In this document: piece after piece, positions 37,970 through 47,359 of the stretch
Layout: each line of letters begins with the position of its first letter
Position numbering within the stretch: position 1 is the first letter of the stretch
Origin: a virus
Length of the DNA: 64,000 nt
Reading direction: 5' to 3' (one strand)
IMG/VR virus record: IMGVR_UViG_3300013102_000030
Location: 110,137 to 174,136 of that record
Made by a program: the position numbers and the translations under genes
Notes under the pieces: generated by a model
What the model saw: only the letters and a program-made list of their open reading frames with translations
Told to the model about the DNA's origin: nothing
Database searches by the model: none

Positions 37970-38395
37970 TTGACAAACACATCAGCATGGGAAACCATTA
38001 CCTTTGACCAGATCAAGATTGGTGACAAGATCCGCACCGTCTCCAAGGAGCCGGATGGTACCAAGCGAACCATTGTAGGTACCGCAAAGAGCAAGTCCAC
38101 CATGTGGCGAGCGTACTACTCAGATGGTGGCAACACTCTGGTAGACGCTGACAACAAGTACTTGGTCTCGCTTGAACGCAAGCGCACGGATGTCTTCGTG
38201 CTTCCGAAGCGCGTTGCTGCCGTCGTTGAGGCTGTGCGTATCTCCTCAGGTGAAACGACCCGCCTTGTGCTGGCCGATCCGGAGGATGAGGACAAGTGGC
38301 ATGACGTGGTCAACCAGTCGTGGATGAGTGATGACGAAGTGAAGAGCCGTTACCGCTCCCACAAGGTCATCAGCAAGGGGGTCAAGAATGCCTAA
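37970..38395 (+). CDS. F.DIK.GD SH3-like family protein
   Basis: WETITFDQIKIGDKIR; FVLPKR..AVV. Confidence 0.75.
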   Translation: MTNTSAWETITFDQIKIGDKIRTVSKEPDGTKRTIVGTAKSKSTMWRAYYSDGGNTLVDADNKYLVSLERKRTDVFVLPKRVAAVVEAVRISSGETTRLVLADPEDEDKWHDVVNQSWMSDDEVKSRYRSHKVISKGVKNA

Positions 38396-38837
38396 TCCCG
38401 AGAAGTGGGAAGGGATCACCTTTGACGAGATCAAGAAGGGTGATGAAATCCGCTGCATCATCACTGATGAAGGCGGATACCGCACTGACACCCGTGGATT
38501 TGCCAACGAATACAAGGCAGGCTATCCGGGACCGCGCTGGGTTCATGGCAGCGGCTGGGTAGCAGCCCGTAAGGAAGGCACCGGCACCAGTAAGTCAACC
38601 TTCTACCGGAAGAAACCGCCGCCGTTCGTCTTCCCGCAGAAGTCCCTTGCTGTGATCGAAGGATACAACAGGGGTGTGGGATCTCGGGTCAAGCTGTTCA
38701 AGCCTGTCCGCTCCCAACGAAGCAGGGAGAACGTCTGGCTCCCCGTCAATCCTGAAGGTGTCAGTTCCCGGTACACCGAGGAATACATCATCGGGTGGTC
38801 TGACCTGAAGGTACTGCACGAAGGCGTAGACCTCTGA
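38388..38837 (+). CDS. F.DIK.GD SH3-like family protein
   Basis: WEGITFDEIKKGDEIR; FVFPQK..AVI; ends HEGV like paralogs. Confidence 0.75.
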   Translation: MPNPEKWEGITFDEIKKGDEIRCIITDEGGYRTDTRGFANEYKAGYPGPRWVHGSGWVAARKEGTGTSKSTFYRKKPPPFVFPQKSLAVIEGYNRGVGSRVKLFKPVRSQRSRENVWLPVNPEGVSSRYTEEYIIGWSDLKVLHEGVDL

Positions 38838-39007
38838 GTGTACAGCCCGGAGAAGGCATTCATGATCCCAGAGCCGAATGGGACACCTGCATAGCCGTCA
38901 AAGGCGAACACATTTGCTGGCGGCGACATGGACATGAGCGTGATCATGGCTGTGCCTGTGGTGAAGATTGGCCCTACGGAATAGGACACGACGAATACGA
39001 CTGGTAG
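38834..39007 (+). CDS. small Cys/His Zn-binding protein (CTG start proposed)
   Basis: CTGA overlap; C.....HIC.R.HGH...H.C.CG..W; no canonical start in frame. Confidence 0.6.
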   Translation: MSVQPGEGIHDPRAEWDTCIAVKGEHICWRRHGHERDHGCACGEDWPYGIGHDEYDW

Positions 39008-39070
39008 AGAAAGACCCTCTGGAAACAGGGGGTCTTTCTTGTTGACAGGGATCTGGTTCTCCTATAGTCT
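39008..39070 (+). promoter_or_regulatory. terminator followed by TAGTCT promoter
   Basis: AAAGACCCTCTG-gaaa-CAGGGGGTCTTT; TTGACA(39042)-N17-TAGTCT. Confidence 0.75.
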
Positions 39071-39101
39071 TTCTATACAAGCCAAAGAGAAAGGGAATGA
39101 G

Positions 39102-39377
39102 ATGAAGGCCACCAAGACCAGCAGCGTCCAGACCGAGATCTTCCAAATTGAGGATGGTCCGATCATGCACTCCGATCCCAACCGAATCCGTCACGTACGG
39201 TTCCGGGTCCAGATCCTGTCGATCTCAACCAACGATGGAGTTGTCCGGTCGGCATTTGTCCGTGGCCCCAACATCCTTTCGGACGGCAGTGAAGGCAAGC
39301 TGTATCACGACCGCACGCTTCTTCCGTCCTCCTTCCCGTACTGGCTCAAAGACTTCCTCGCAGAAAAGGACAAGTAA
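39102..39377 (+). CDS. hypothetical protein
   Basis: AAAGGGA RBS. Confidence 0.65.
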   Translation: MKATKTSSVQTEIFQIEDGPIMHSDPNRIRHVRFRVQILSISTNDGVVRSAFVRGPNILSDGSEGKLYHDRTLLPSSFPYWLKDFLAEKDK

Positions 39378-40075
39378 TGATTGACAAGAACCGCAAGTTC
39401 CGCGTAGGGGATACGCTGGCTCAGGACACCGACAACGCTCTTCCGAACAACGGACGGATTCTGTACAGGGTTCTGAAGGAGGAAACCCAAGGCGGGAAGG
39501 TCTACCTTCAGATCATCGAGCAGGACCCTGCCCGGTTCACCGAGAACGCCCATCACGTCTCCTCCGACTACCTGCGTCGGGCTACGGAACTGATCTCCGA
39601 AGGTCCGGAACCGGAACCCAGCAACAGGGTTACGCACGTCCGTGGAGACCATGTCCGACTGGGAGAGACCATCCGGCACGAGAGCCACTACCCTCACCTG
39701 TCCGGAGACTTCCTCGTGGAGGGCATCGAGTACAAGGGTGACACTGTCCAGATTCTGACCCGTGACAAGCCCGATGGAGTACTGCTGACAGTGCCCCAGC
39801 CGGTGAAGCTGCCCTTCATGAAGTACTCCATGATTCAGGTCATCGGAAAGCGTGCCAAGAAGCATCCTCCTCTGGTACACTGGAACAAGCACACTGAGAA
39901 GGATGCTGACGTGAAGGTCACCAACCGATCAGGGATGCACTGGAGTATGCACTGTGGTGTCAAGCCTGCTGTTGGTGTTATGGCCCGGAACGCTGACTTT
40001 GTCACGTGCCCTCGCTGTCACGCAGATGCACTGGAATTTCGACGCACGAGCCTTGGAAGGGATTGGGGAGTCTAA
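39377..40075 (+). CDS. hypothetical protein with SH3-like repeats and C-terminal H..CG..VTC..C
   Basis: FRVGD; VRLGETI; VTCPRC. Confidence 0.65.
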   Translation: MIDKNRKFRVGDTLAQDTDNALPNNGRILYRVLKEETQGGKVYLQIIEQDPARFTENAHHVSSDYLRRATELISEGPEPEPSNRVTHVRGDHVRLGETIRHESHYPHLSGDFLVEGIEYKGDTVQILTRDKPDGVLLTVPQPVKLPFMKYSMIQVIGKRAKKHPPLVHWNKHTEKDADVKVTNRSGMHWSMHCGVKPAVGVMARNADFVTCPRCHADALEFRRTSLGRDWGV

Positions 40076-40293
40076 TGGAACCTGAAGTGGATATCCAGAA
40101 GATCAAGAAGGGCGACTTCTTTTGGAAGGGCACCAGCCCTACCGTTTACGAAGCGCTCAGTGACGAAACCCAGCGCGGCTACGTCAAGTGCCGTGCACCA
40201 TGGATCTCCGTGGCTCGGGACATGCGCTTCAACACCACCATCGATGACCTGACGATTCTGAAGGAGGCTGACCGTGTCCGCCTTGGGATCTAA
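40075..40293 (+). CDS. small SH3-like protein
   Basis: IQKIKKGDFF. Confidence 0.6.
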   Translation: MEPEVDIQKIKKGDFFWKGTSPTVYEALSDETQRGYVKCRAPWISVARDMRFNTTIDDLTILKEADRVRLGI

Positions 40294-40570
40294 GATCGCA
40301 CAGCGACTGGTGGATCTGGGCCGGATCGATCCTGATGTCTATGACATCGAGAAGACCGGCATCCACCGGACTCGGGCAGGTCACTGGCAGCGCTCTCAAG
40401 GCGCATGGGTCTGGGATCTGGAACTGGTTCGCAAAGACGGAGGTATCGTGTATGATTCCTACGGGAGCCAGTACACGGCCACCGACTGCGCCAAAGCCAA
40501 GGCGTGGGATTTCTATTCAACAGGCATCGACCACGGGATCATTCCCATGAAGGAGGAACACAATGGCTGA
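40274..40570 (+). CDS. hypothetical protein
   Basis: RTRAGHWQRSQGAW.W. Confidence 0.65.
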   Translation: MSALGSKIAQRLVDLGRIDPDVYDIEKTGIHRTRAGHWQRSQGAWVWDLELVRKDGGIVYDSYGSQYTATDCAKAKAWDFYSTGIDHGIIPMKEEHNG

Positions 40571-40781
40571 GAACGACGACTACGAGTACGCGGTACAGCG
40601 CACTGAGGTAGGACACAGCATGATCGTCGGGGATCACTGGGGGAGCAGGACTTCCGCAGACCGTACGTTTGCTCGGGAGGAACTGATTCAGGCGGCTCGG
40701 GAAGACGGCGGACGCGTCAAGTACGGGACCAGCTTCAAGGTGGTCAAGCGGCGCAAGGCAGGACCCGTAGAGGACGCATGA
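40563..40781 (+). CDS. hypothetical protein
   Basis: GGAGG RBS; EYAV...VVKRRKAGP. Confidence 0.65.
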   Translation: MAENDDYEYAVQRTEVGHSMIVGDHWGSRTSADRTFAREELIQAAREDGGRVKYGTSFKVVKRRKAGPVEDA

Positions 40782-41050
40782 CACCACCCGGCAAGACTCG
40801 GGGGAAGAAGTTCTCCCCGGAGCGAGCAGCACTGCTGGCTACGCTGATCGAAGACGAATGGCCGATCCGGCAGATCACCAAGACTCACGGTTACAACTTT
40901 TCCACCATCAAGCGTCTCTACCCTGACTACAAGGGAATGACGCAGCAGGAGGGAGGTAGGCTCTCGTGGGCCATCAAGCAGGCTGACGAGAAGATGCGCG
41001 TCAGCTATTCCCTTGTTGACAAACACTACTGGAGGAAAACAAATGTCTGA
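40778..41050 (+). CDS. HTH DNA-binding protein
   Basis: WPIRQITKTHGYNFSTIKR. Confidence 0.6.
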   Translation: MTPPGKTRGKKFSPERAALLATLIEDEWPIRQITKTHGYNFSTIKRLYPDYKGMTQQEGGRLSWAIKQADEKMRVSYSLVDKHYWRKTNV

Positions 41051-41309
41051 ATGTCAAATCTCTGATCCGTCCCTGCGGGAACTGCTTCCATGCAAGTTCA
41101 CCGATTCCGGAGGAGTGCAATGTGAGCGCATGGACTTCCATACTGAGGCTGGGCACCGGATCTCCGGTCACACCATCCAGCACTCCATCTCTGGTAACGC
41201 GTGGGACTGCACGGCCTTCAATGAGCCGGTGGATACCGCAGCGTACCGCCTCAGGCTCAGGCGGCAGATCAAGGAACTGACAGAGGAATTGAAGTCTCTG
41301 GAGGGTTGA
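41043..41309 (+). CDS. hypothetical protein
   Basis: GGAGG RBS. Confidence 0.6.
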   Translation: MSECQISDPSLRELLPCKFTDSGGVQCERMDFHTEAGHRISGHTIQHSISGNAWDCTAFNEPVDTAAYRLRLRRQIKELTEELKSLEG

Positions 41310-41336
41310 CACCCTGCTAGAACTCCGATAGTCTTT
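41306..41336 (+). promoter_or_regulatory. GATAGTCTTT-class promoter
   Basis: TTGACA-N17-TAGTCT; 18-bp identity with 23056-23073. Confidence 0.8.
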
Positions 41337-41370
41337 CATTACCAACAACCCGTTAGGAGAGGAGCTAGAC

Positions 41371-41823
41371 ATGAAGATCAGGCGCATGAAGGCCGGAGAC
41401 CGCAGCTACTACTTGGTGGACACCGGCACCGGAGAGATCATTGCCACCGCTGCACAGACCGGCGAACGCGGACGGGATGACTACCCGTGGGAATGGTCAC
41501 TCAGCAATGACATGATCTTCGGCAAGCTGAGCGCTCGGACTGGGCACAGTGTGGAGACGCTTCGGGAAGCCATTGACATTGTGGAGACCGGAGCCAACCA
41601 GTACGGACTGCTCAAGCCGGTCGGCCCTGTCGATCCGTTCGACATCAAGGAGAATCAGGTCTTCCGTGTCATGCAGGGCGGACGGTTCAACTACTACCGC
41701 TCCACGCAGAGCGCCTACGGGACCGGCTGGAACATCGAGATCCCTGCCAACCACTCCTCCGGTGAACTGACGGAAGTCCATCTCACTCGGGACCAGCACG
41801 TCACCTTGTACGAACCCATCTAA
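41371..41823 (+). CDS. hypothetical protein with C-terminal SH3-like domain
   Basis: PFDIKENQVFRV. Confidence 0.65.
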   Translation: MKIRRMKAGDRSYYLVDTGTGEIIATAAQTGERGRDDYPWEWSLSNDMIFGKLSARTGHSVETLREAIDIVETGANQYGLLKPVGPVDPFDIKENQVFRVMQGGRFNYYRSTQSAYGTGWNIEIPANHSSGELTEVHLTRDQHVTLYEPI

Positions 41824-41855
41824 CCCGCTACACTCATCTTAGAAAGGAGCAGGAC

Positions 41856-42113
41856 ATGAACAAGGAACAGGTGGAGAAGATCGCTGAGATCATCCACAAC
41901 ACCAACCCTGAGATCTCCAGCAACGCTGAGGCTCAGAAGATCGCCCGGAATCTGGTCGAGCATGGAGTCCTGCTCGTAGTGGATACCAACGGTGATCCCA
42001 TGCCGATCCGGCGCATTCAGGACCACGCGTGGATGCAGGGCTACGGCGCTTGCCGGGAAGGCCAGCAGCCGCACAGCCCGTACCGTCAGACCAAGTTCAA
42101 GGAGGAACAGTGA
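41856..42113 (+). CDS. hypothetical protein
   Basis: AW.QGY...PY motif. Confidence 0.65.
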   Translation: MNKEQVEKIAEIIHNTNPEISSNAEAQKIARNLVEHGVLLVVDTNGDPMPIRRIQDHAWMQGYGACREGQQPHSPYRQTKFKEEQ

Positions 42114-42427
42114 ACACGTTCAAGCAAGGTGACCGAGTCCGGGTCAACAAGCCTGACTTCTGGAATAATGGCAAGCAGGCCACCGTCAGGAACCACCACC
42201 CGAACGGGATGGTGAACGTGGTCTTTGATGCCAGCCCGAGGGACCATGTCTCGGCTGTCTGGCACGAGGATCTGGAACATATCCTGACCGATGAGCAGGA
42301 GGTCCAGAAGATCATGGATGTCCTGAAGGAGGTCATCCGGGACTGGACTGAGGACCAGTACCGGGAGACGGCACAGGGGATCTACGACAACGGTCTCCGG
42401 TACGATCAGAAGGCCACACGTGGTTAG
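42110..42427 (+). CDS. KOW/SH3 protein
   Basis: FKQGDRVRV...GKQATV...V.FD..EDLE. Confidence 0.7.
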   Translation: MNTFKQGDRVRVNKPDFWNNGKQATVRNHHPNGMVNVVFDASPRDHVSAVWHEDLEHILTDEQEVQKIMDVLKEVIRDWTEDQYRETAQGIYDNGLRYDQKATRG

Positions 42428-42493
42428 GGACTTCATCATCGGCGCTGTCCTGTGGACGGCACTCATCGTCTTGGTCATCATCTTCAAGGTGGG

Positions 42494-42522
42494 TTGACAC
42501 CCGGCACGAAGTTCCATAGACT
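42494..42522 (+). promoter_or_regulatory. sigA-type promoter
   Basis: TTGACA-N17-TAGACT. Confidence 0.75.
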
Positions 42523-42557
42523 ATCTATATCTTACCAACACCAATCAAGGAGAACTG

Positions 42558-42809
42558 ATGATCCAGAACAAGGGTGACAAAGTCAAGGTCATCTCGGGAC
42601 AGCACACAGGCAAGCGTGGGGTCGTTGACTCCTTCTGGCTGGAGATGTTCTGCCCTGACGGCAGGACGGTGGAAGTCGAACTGGACTCGGGCCAGATCGA
42701 AGCCTTCAAGCCGGAAGAGCTTGCAGAGGATCTGACCGAGGAGCAGGAAGCTCGCAAAGCTGAGTACGATGTGACACAGACCATTCTTGGATTCCCTGAG
42801 GAGGACTAA
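42558..42809 (+). CDS. KOW domain protein
   Basis: KGDKVKVISGQHTGKRGVV. Confidence 0.75.
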   Translation: MIQNKGDKVKVISGQHTGKRGVVDSFWLEMFCPDGRTVEVELDSGQIEAFKPEELAEDLTEEQEARKAEYDVTQTILGFPEED

Positions 42810-43037
42810 ATGAGGACCGGACGACACCTGATCACGGGCAGTAAGGTAACCCTGAACCGAGACATCACCACTCTGGACATCACCACGAAGGCTCAGAAGG
42901 TCTTCGTCAAAGGCACTCCGGGGATCGTGGATGCCGTCTACCGCAAGGACGGGGAGCAGCGGTTCTACGTCGTGCTGGAGGGCACGGTTGTTGCCTTCTT
43001 CCACGCTCAGGATCTTGACGATGCCGACGAGCAGTGA
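42810..43037 (+). CDS. SH3-like protein
   Basis: GSKVTL..KGTPGIV..F.AQDL. Confidence 0.65.
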   Translation: MRTGRHLITGSKVTLNRDITTLDITTKAQKVFVKGTPGIVDAVYRKDGEQRFYVVLEGTVVAFFHAQDLDDADEQ

Positions 43038-43239
43038 GCGGCTGATAGCCCGATCCAATGCCTATATGGAGGCAGCGTCTTCCATGGAGGTACTTGCAGA
43101 GCGGACCAATGATCCGCTAGAGTCAGAAGAGTACGAAAGACTTGCAGAGAAGCTGTGGGCCGAATGCACCCGGATCAACGGTCTGGCATTCAAACGACAA
43201 GAGAAGGAGAAGCACCTTGAGCACCGACGTAAAACCTAA
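43021..43239 (+). CDS. hypothetical protein
   Basis: Overlapping ORF. Confidence 0.55.
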   Translation: MPTSSERLIARSNAYMEAASSMEVLAERTNDPLESEEYERLAEKLWAECTRINGLAFKRQEKEKHLEHRRKT

Positions 43240-43573
43240 TCTGGCGGTACGGACGCTGTCCAACGCCTATGATTCCAAGCGGGAGTACCCGCAGGCCAAG
43301 GTGGAGATCAAGTCATGGGTGGCCGCTGACCTGCTGGACTACGTTCAGGAGCTTGAGGCCAAGGTGGCATCAGCCAAGGTTGACGCGCTCCGTGAAGCTG
43401 CTGCCGCTGTCCATGAGAAGGGCACTGGTGTGGACGGGATCGAGTCCCGGACCTACGACGGCTACCGTGGGGAGCCTCGTGGCTTCTTGCAGCGCCACAA
43501 CGTGACCTCTGTCGGGAAGTGGCTCCAGTTCCGGGCAGAGAAGATCGAGCGTGGAGAACTGGACACTCCCTAG
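43217..43573 (+). CDS. hypothetical protein
   Basis: AAGGA + TTG; ALREAA...WL..RA. Confidence 0.65.
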   Translation: MSTDVKPNLAVRTLSNAYDSKREYPQAKVEIKSWVAADLLDYVQELEAKVASAKVDALREAAAAVHEKGTGVDGIESRTYDGYRGEPRGFLQRHNVTSVGKWLQFRAEKIERGELDTP

Positions 43574-43591
43574 ACTTCTCTGATAGTCTTT
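43560..43591 (+). promoter_or_regulatory. GATAGTCTTT-class promoter
   Basis: TGGACA-N18-TAGTCT. Confidence 0.6.
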
Positions 43592-43622
43592 AGGTATTGC
43601 AGGAACAACAAAGGAGAAAAGC

Positions 43623-43979
43623 ATGGCAACGGAACCCACACTCATGAAGCTGAGGCTTCAGCAGATCAACAAGATCGTGTCCAAGTTCGACCGCTTTCCC
43701 TCGCTGAAGGGGGTCAGTGAGATTGTTCAGGGGAAGCGGATCGGGGAGAGCGACCTCGCTACTGAGATCCGTGATGTCCTGAACAGCATGCCCAAGGGCT
43801 ACACCGTTCGGGACCGCTCGCTGAAGACTCGGGCCAAGATGCGCTTCGTGCAGTGGCGCGAGATGCAGGCCAAGGGCGAGTGGCGTAACCTCTCTGAAGA
43901 GGAGCAGGCCCGTTGGATGGCCTACGCTGAAGCTGGTACCGACCTCGGGACGATCTACAAGAAGGAGACGTATCGATGA
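43623..43979 (+). CDS. hypothetical protein (W..L...Q..W...A domain)
   Basis: AAGGAG RBS. Confidence 0.65.
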   Translation: MATEPTLMKLRLQQINKIVSKFDRFPSLKGVSEIVQGKRIGESDLATEIRDVLNSMPKGYTVRDRSLKTRAKMRFVQWREMQAKGEWRNLSEEEQARWMAYAEAGTDLGTIYKKETYR

Positions 43980-44182
43980 GCAAGCCGCTGAAGAACCCGG
44001 ACAACGTTGACCTGTCAGACCCTCACTACCGGATCGTGGAGTCCTTGGGAGTCCACGTAGTTGTCACGGTGCAGGATTTCGACTATGCTGATTACAACGG
44101 ATTCTCCACGCGGAGGATCTACAAGTACACCAACAAGGGTTTCAGGAAGGCCAGCAAGAAAGCCAGCCGCCTGAACGACTAG
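43976..44182 (+). CDS. hypothetical protein
   Basis: ATGA overlap. Confidence 0.6.
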   Translation: MSKPLKNPDNVDLSDPHYRIVESLGVHVVVTVQDFDYADYNGFSTRRIYKYTNKGFRKASKKASRLND

Positions 44183-44196
44183 ACCTAGGAGGGGAA

Positions 44197-44628
44197 ATGA
44201 TCAGGACCAAGATCAAGTTCGAAGACATCAAGGCCGGTGACATGCTGTATGTCGTCGGCAAACACGCTGGTCTGAAGATGGAGACCACCGGCATTGCCTT
44301 TGAGAAGACAGGCAACGATACTGCCGGTCACTACTGGATGACTTCGGAGGGTGGCACACTCATCGATGACCGGTACGATGATGAGGTTATCTACCGGCTC
44401 GATCTTGTGACTGCGTTCTTCTCCGACATCAAGCAGGGAGACCGCGTTCGCGTCTCGGAGAAGGTTGGGAATGTCGTGACCAGCCGGGAAGACACGTGCG
44501 TCTTCAAGGTCAGTGCCGGAAATGAGTACTGGCTCAACGACATGGGGCAGGTTGTCGTGATGGAACACGTTGCCCCCGACATTGACCGCAACATCGAGAT
44601 CTTGGAACGGAAGGAAACGGGTGAGTAA
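44197..44628 (+). CDS. tandem F.DIK.GD SH3-like protein; RBS complementary to sRNA-1 loop
   Basis: IKFEDIKAGDML; FFSDIKQGDRVRV. Confidence 0.75.
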   Translation: MIRTKIKFEDIKAGDMLYVVGKHAGLKMETTGIAFEKTGNDTAGHYWMTSEGGTLIDDRYDDEVIYRLDLVTAFFSDIKQGDRVRVSEKVGNVVTSREDTCVFKVSAGNEYWLNDMGQVVVMEHVAPDIDRNIEILERKETGE

Positions 44629-44923
44629 GACCCTAGAAGAAGTCATCTATCAGGTCCGATGGGTGGACGGGATCAAGAAAGATCCTGCCATGGTGTCGGA
44701 CGCTGGTCTGGCTAAGGCCATCGAAGAGGCTGGCTGGACTCAGGACCCGCTGGAGGACAAGATCCGGGAGAGGATCGAGACGCTGAAGGAGCGCAGGAAG
44801 GCCCTGTGGCAGGAGATCCTTCGCTGTACACAGTACGACTATCGTATCCGGGAGTCAATGGTCAGGGCTGAGTACGAAGAGGCCCGTGTTGAGCAACGTG
44901 TACTGGAGTCGCTTCTCCCGTGA
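44621..44923 (+). CDS. coiled-coil hypothetical protein
   Basis: AAGGA + GTG. Confidence 0.6.
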   Translation: MSKTLEEVIYQVRWVDGIKKDPAMVSDAGLAKAIEEAGWTQDPLEDKIRERIETLKERRKALWQEILRCTQYDYRIRESMVRAEYEEARVEQRVLESLLP

Positions 44924-45681
44924 CCTACGACTTTCAAAACTTTCATAACCGTTCCCGTTTGACTGAAGAGCAGCGATATGCTATTCTGGATTTGCTGGAA
45001 GAAGACCCGCATATCTCGATGGCTGAAGTTGCCCGTCAACTGGACATCAAGTACTCGTCCGTCCGCATGGGATTCGAATATCTGAAGGGACGCGACTCAC
45101 ACCAGAAGAGCATTCAGTCGGCTGAAGATCTTCGGATCGCTCAGGCTGTCACGCCTCTGATGAAGCAGGGCAAGACCTTCACGGAGATCAGGAAGCTCAC
45201 AGGCTTCAGCAGCAACCGTATCAGGAGTGCTGCGCGTCGTCTGGGCCGCAAGGATCTGATGAATCCGGCAACCATTGTGCCGCACGGAACTGCTTCAGGC
45301 TATGGCTACCACGGGTGCCGCTGCCTTGAGTGCATCACCTTCAACACCAACCGGAGCAAGAGGCTGTACGAAGACCGCAAGGCACGTGCAGCCACCGATG
45401 CTCCGCACGGAACTGAGACGGCCTACCGAAACTGGGGATGCCGGTGCAGGCCCTGTATCGACGCAGGGAACAAGTCCAACAAGGAAGCTCTCACTGTCCC
45501 TAATCTGGACAAGTTCCGGGATCACATCGTGTGGACTCGGGAAGAGGATGAGCAGATATTCGACTACTCCTTGACGGCTAAGCAGTTGGCTGTCAAGCTG
45601 GGACGTGGAGTCTCTGCCATCAATCTGCGCCGGTCTGGGATGTGGGTTGGGCGTGAGCCTGCTGCTGTGGTAGGCTCATAG
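44920..45681 (+). CDS. multi-HTH DNA-binding protein with two HGT..Y..GCRC..C motifs
   Basis: ISMAEVARQLDI; FTEIRKLTG; HGTASGYGYHGCRCLEC; HGTETAYRNWGCRCRPC; WTREED..LAVKLGR. Confidence 0.75.
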   Translation: MTYDFQNFHNRSRLTEEQRYAILDLLEEDPHISMAEVARQLDIKYSSVRMGFEYLKGRDSHQKSIQSAEDLRIAQAVTPLMKQGKTFTEIRKLTGFSSNRIRSAARRLGRKDLMNPATIVPHGTASGYGYHGCRCLECITFNTNRSKRLYEDRKARAATDAPHGTETAYRNWGCRCRPCIDAGNKSNKEALTVPNLDKFRDHIVWTREEDEQIFDYSLTAKQLAVKLGRGVSAINLRRSGMWVGREPAAVVGS

Positions 45682-45682
45682 C

Positions 45683-45856
45683 ATGAAGAAGATCTTGTGT
45701 GCAGGGGCCGTAGCCCTGAGCGTTTTGTTCGTGACAGGCTGTGGCGACACCGTTGAGGATGTACGCAAGAAGGCAGAGTTCGTCAAGGTCTGCAAAGACA
45801 GCGGTGGTGACATAGCCTACGATGGGTTCAACGGCATGCACTGCTGGTTCAAGTAA
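45683..45856 (+). CDS. small lipoprotein
   Basis: MKKILCAGAVALSVLFVTG-C; C..SGG..C. Confidence 0.65.
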   Translation: MKKILCAGAVALSVLFVTGCGDTVEDVRKKAEFVKVCKDSGGDIAYDGFNGMHCWFK

Positions 45857-45883
45857 CAATCAAACGATAGAGGAGAAATAATT

Positions 45884-46510
45884 TTGGGTTTCAACAAGGG
45901 TGACATCGTCCGTCTCAAGGCTGGACAGCAGACCCACAACAGGGACTTCTACGGCATTGACCTTGAGGTCGTGAAAGATGAACCCGGAGCGTCCAGCCGT
46001 GAGCGTCTGATCTCGGTGAAGAAGGTCGGCTCCGATGGGACTAGCTGGAAGGACGCGACGGAGTTCTTTGACTGGCGGCTGGAGAAGGTACGGGTCAAGC
46101 GCGTCGTCGGTGAGAAGATCGCTGCTGCTGACATCAAGGTCGGAGACACCATCCATGCCGAATGGGTGAACGACGATCTGAAGCTGATGCGTGAAGGTGT
46201 TGTTGCCCGTATCACTCCGCTGGGCAGTCTTCTCACCGCTGGGAACCGCCACATCGACATCAGCGTTGCGGATGACACCTACACCCTGATCAAGGCCGCG
46301 CCGGAAGTTGATCTGCTGCTGGAGAAGATCAAGGATACCCCCACGGGCGGTGTTGTCCAGTTCCACCTTCCGACTCCCCGTTTCGCCCGTAAGGGGATCT
46401 TCGGCTGGGACATCTACGGTGCAGGCGGTGTGTTGACAAAGTCAAGCGCTGAGCTTGCTCAGATGCTGCGTCCGCTGGATGGCACCCGCTCCCTGAAGTG
46501 GCTTTCTTGA
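45884..46510 (+). CDS. multi-SH3 protein (paralog of 33932/34787)
   Basis: FNKGDIVRL; ADIKVGDTI..REGVV..TLIKAAPE.D.LLE. Confidence 0.75.
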   Translation: MGFNKGDIVRLKAGQQTHNRDFYGIDLEVVKDEPGASSRERLISVKKVGSDGTSWKDATEFFDWRLEKVRVKRVVGEKIAAADIKVGDTIHAEWVNDDLKLMREGVVARITPLGSLLTAGNRHIDISVADDTYTLIKAAPEVDLLLEKIKDTPTGGVVQFHLPTPRFARKGIFGWDIYGAGGVLTKSSAELAQMLRPLDGTRSLKWLS

Positions 46511-47103
46511 GCGAGGGCGTAGGAGTCATCGGCCCGGAGCAGTCCGCTGCTCTGGATGCGCTGGAGGAAGTGTTCGGCCCTGTCGATCCGCTGCTCCACA
46601 ACGTGAAGGACTCGCATGGTTTGAAGTCTGAGTACGGCTACAAGCACTGGATCGAGCGTAGCCTGAAGGAAGCGCTGATTCACTGGGGCCAGTACAAGCA
46701 CGCGCTGACGGTGGACTGGGAAGAGGTAGAGCGCAAGCGCCACGAAGCCTACATCAAGCAGCAGCTTGAGCGTGGAGACAAGGTCCGTGACAACGTCGTG
46801 GGCGGTGCGTTCAACCAGTTGATGAGCCGTGCGCGTGCGTCCAAGACGGTTGCTACCCTTCAGTACGAAGAGGACGGCTACTGGAACCTGATCGCCTATG
46901 GCGCTGAGGATGTCAACAAGGAACTGTTCTCCATGAGCTACATGCCTGCTGACATGGAGGTCACGGTCACGATTGGACAGGACACGGTGATCACTGATAG
47001 TGTTTCACGCATGGTGGGTAGTTGTTCACCGCGTCAGCAGTTGAAGGGTTTGGACGCTGTGTTGACTTGGCTGGATGAAAAGGATTTCCTTGTTTCAAAT
47101 TGA
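46507..47103 (+). CDS. hypothetical protein
   Basis: TTGA overlap. Confidence 0.65.
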   Translation: MSEGVGVIGPEQSAALDALEEVFGPVDPLLHNVKDSHGLKSEYGYKHWIERSLKEALIHWGQYKHALTVDWEEVERKRHEAYIKQQLERGDKVRDNVVGGAFNQLMSRARASKTVATLQYEEDGYWNLIAYGAEDVNKELFSMSYMPADMEVTVTIGQDTVITDSVSRMVGSCSPRQQLKGLDAVLTWLDEKDFLVSN

Positions 47104-47359
47104 TGGGTTGCTGGGGCCGGTCGTCTGGCGTGATGCTGAAGACATCATTGATGAGATCGGCCTCGCGCCTCTCGATCTGATAGCTGAGATTCAGCGACTG
47201 GACAACAAGATCGCTCTGGCTTATCAGATGGCGAACCACTTCCACGGGAACGGAAATATGATACAGTCGAATGGCAGGCCGTTCCCCAAGGACGCGACTG
47301 ATCGGGCTTGGGAAGCCGCCGCACGGATGCTGAAAGGAACACTGGACAATGCACGCTGA
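47075..47359 (+). CDS. hypothetical protein
   Basis: ORF. Confidence 0.55.
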   Translation: MKRISLFQIDGLLGPVVWRDAEDIIDEIGLAPLDLIAEIQRLDNKIALAYQMANHFHGNGNMIQSNGRPFPKDATDRAWEAAARMLKGTLDNAR

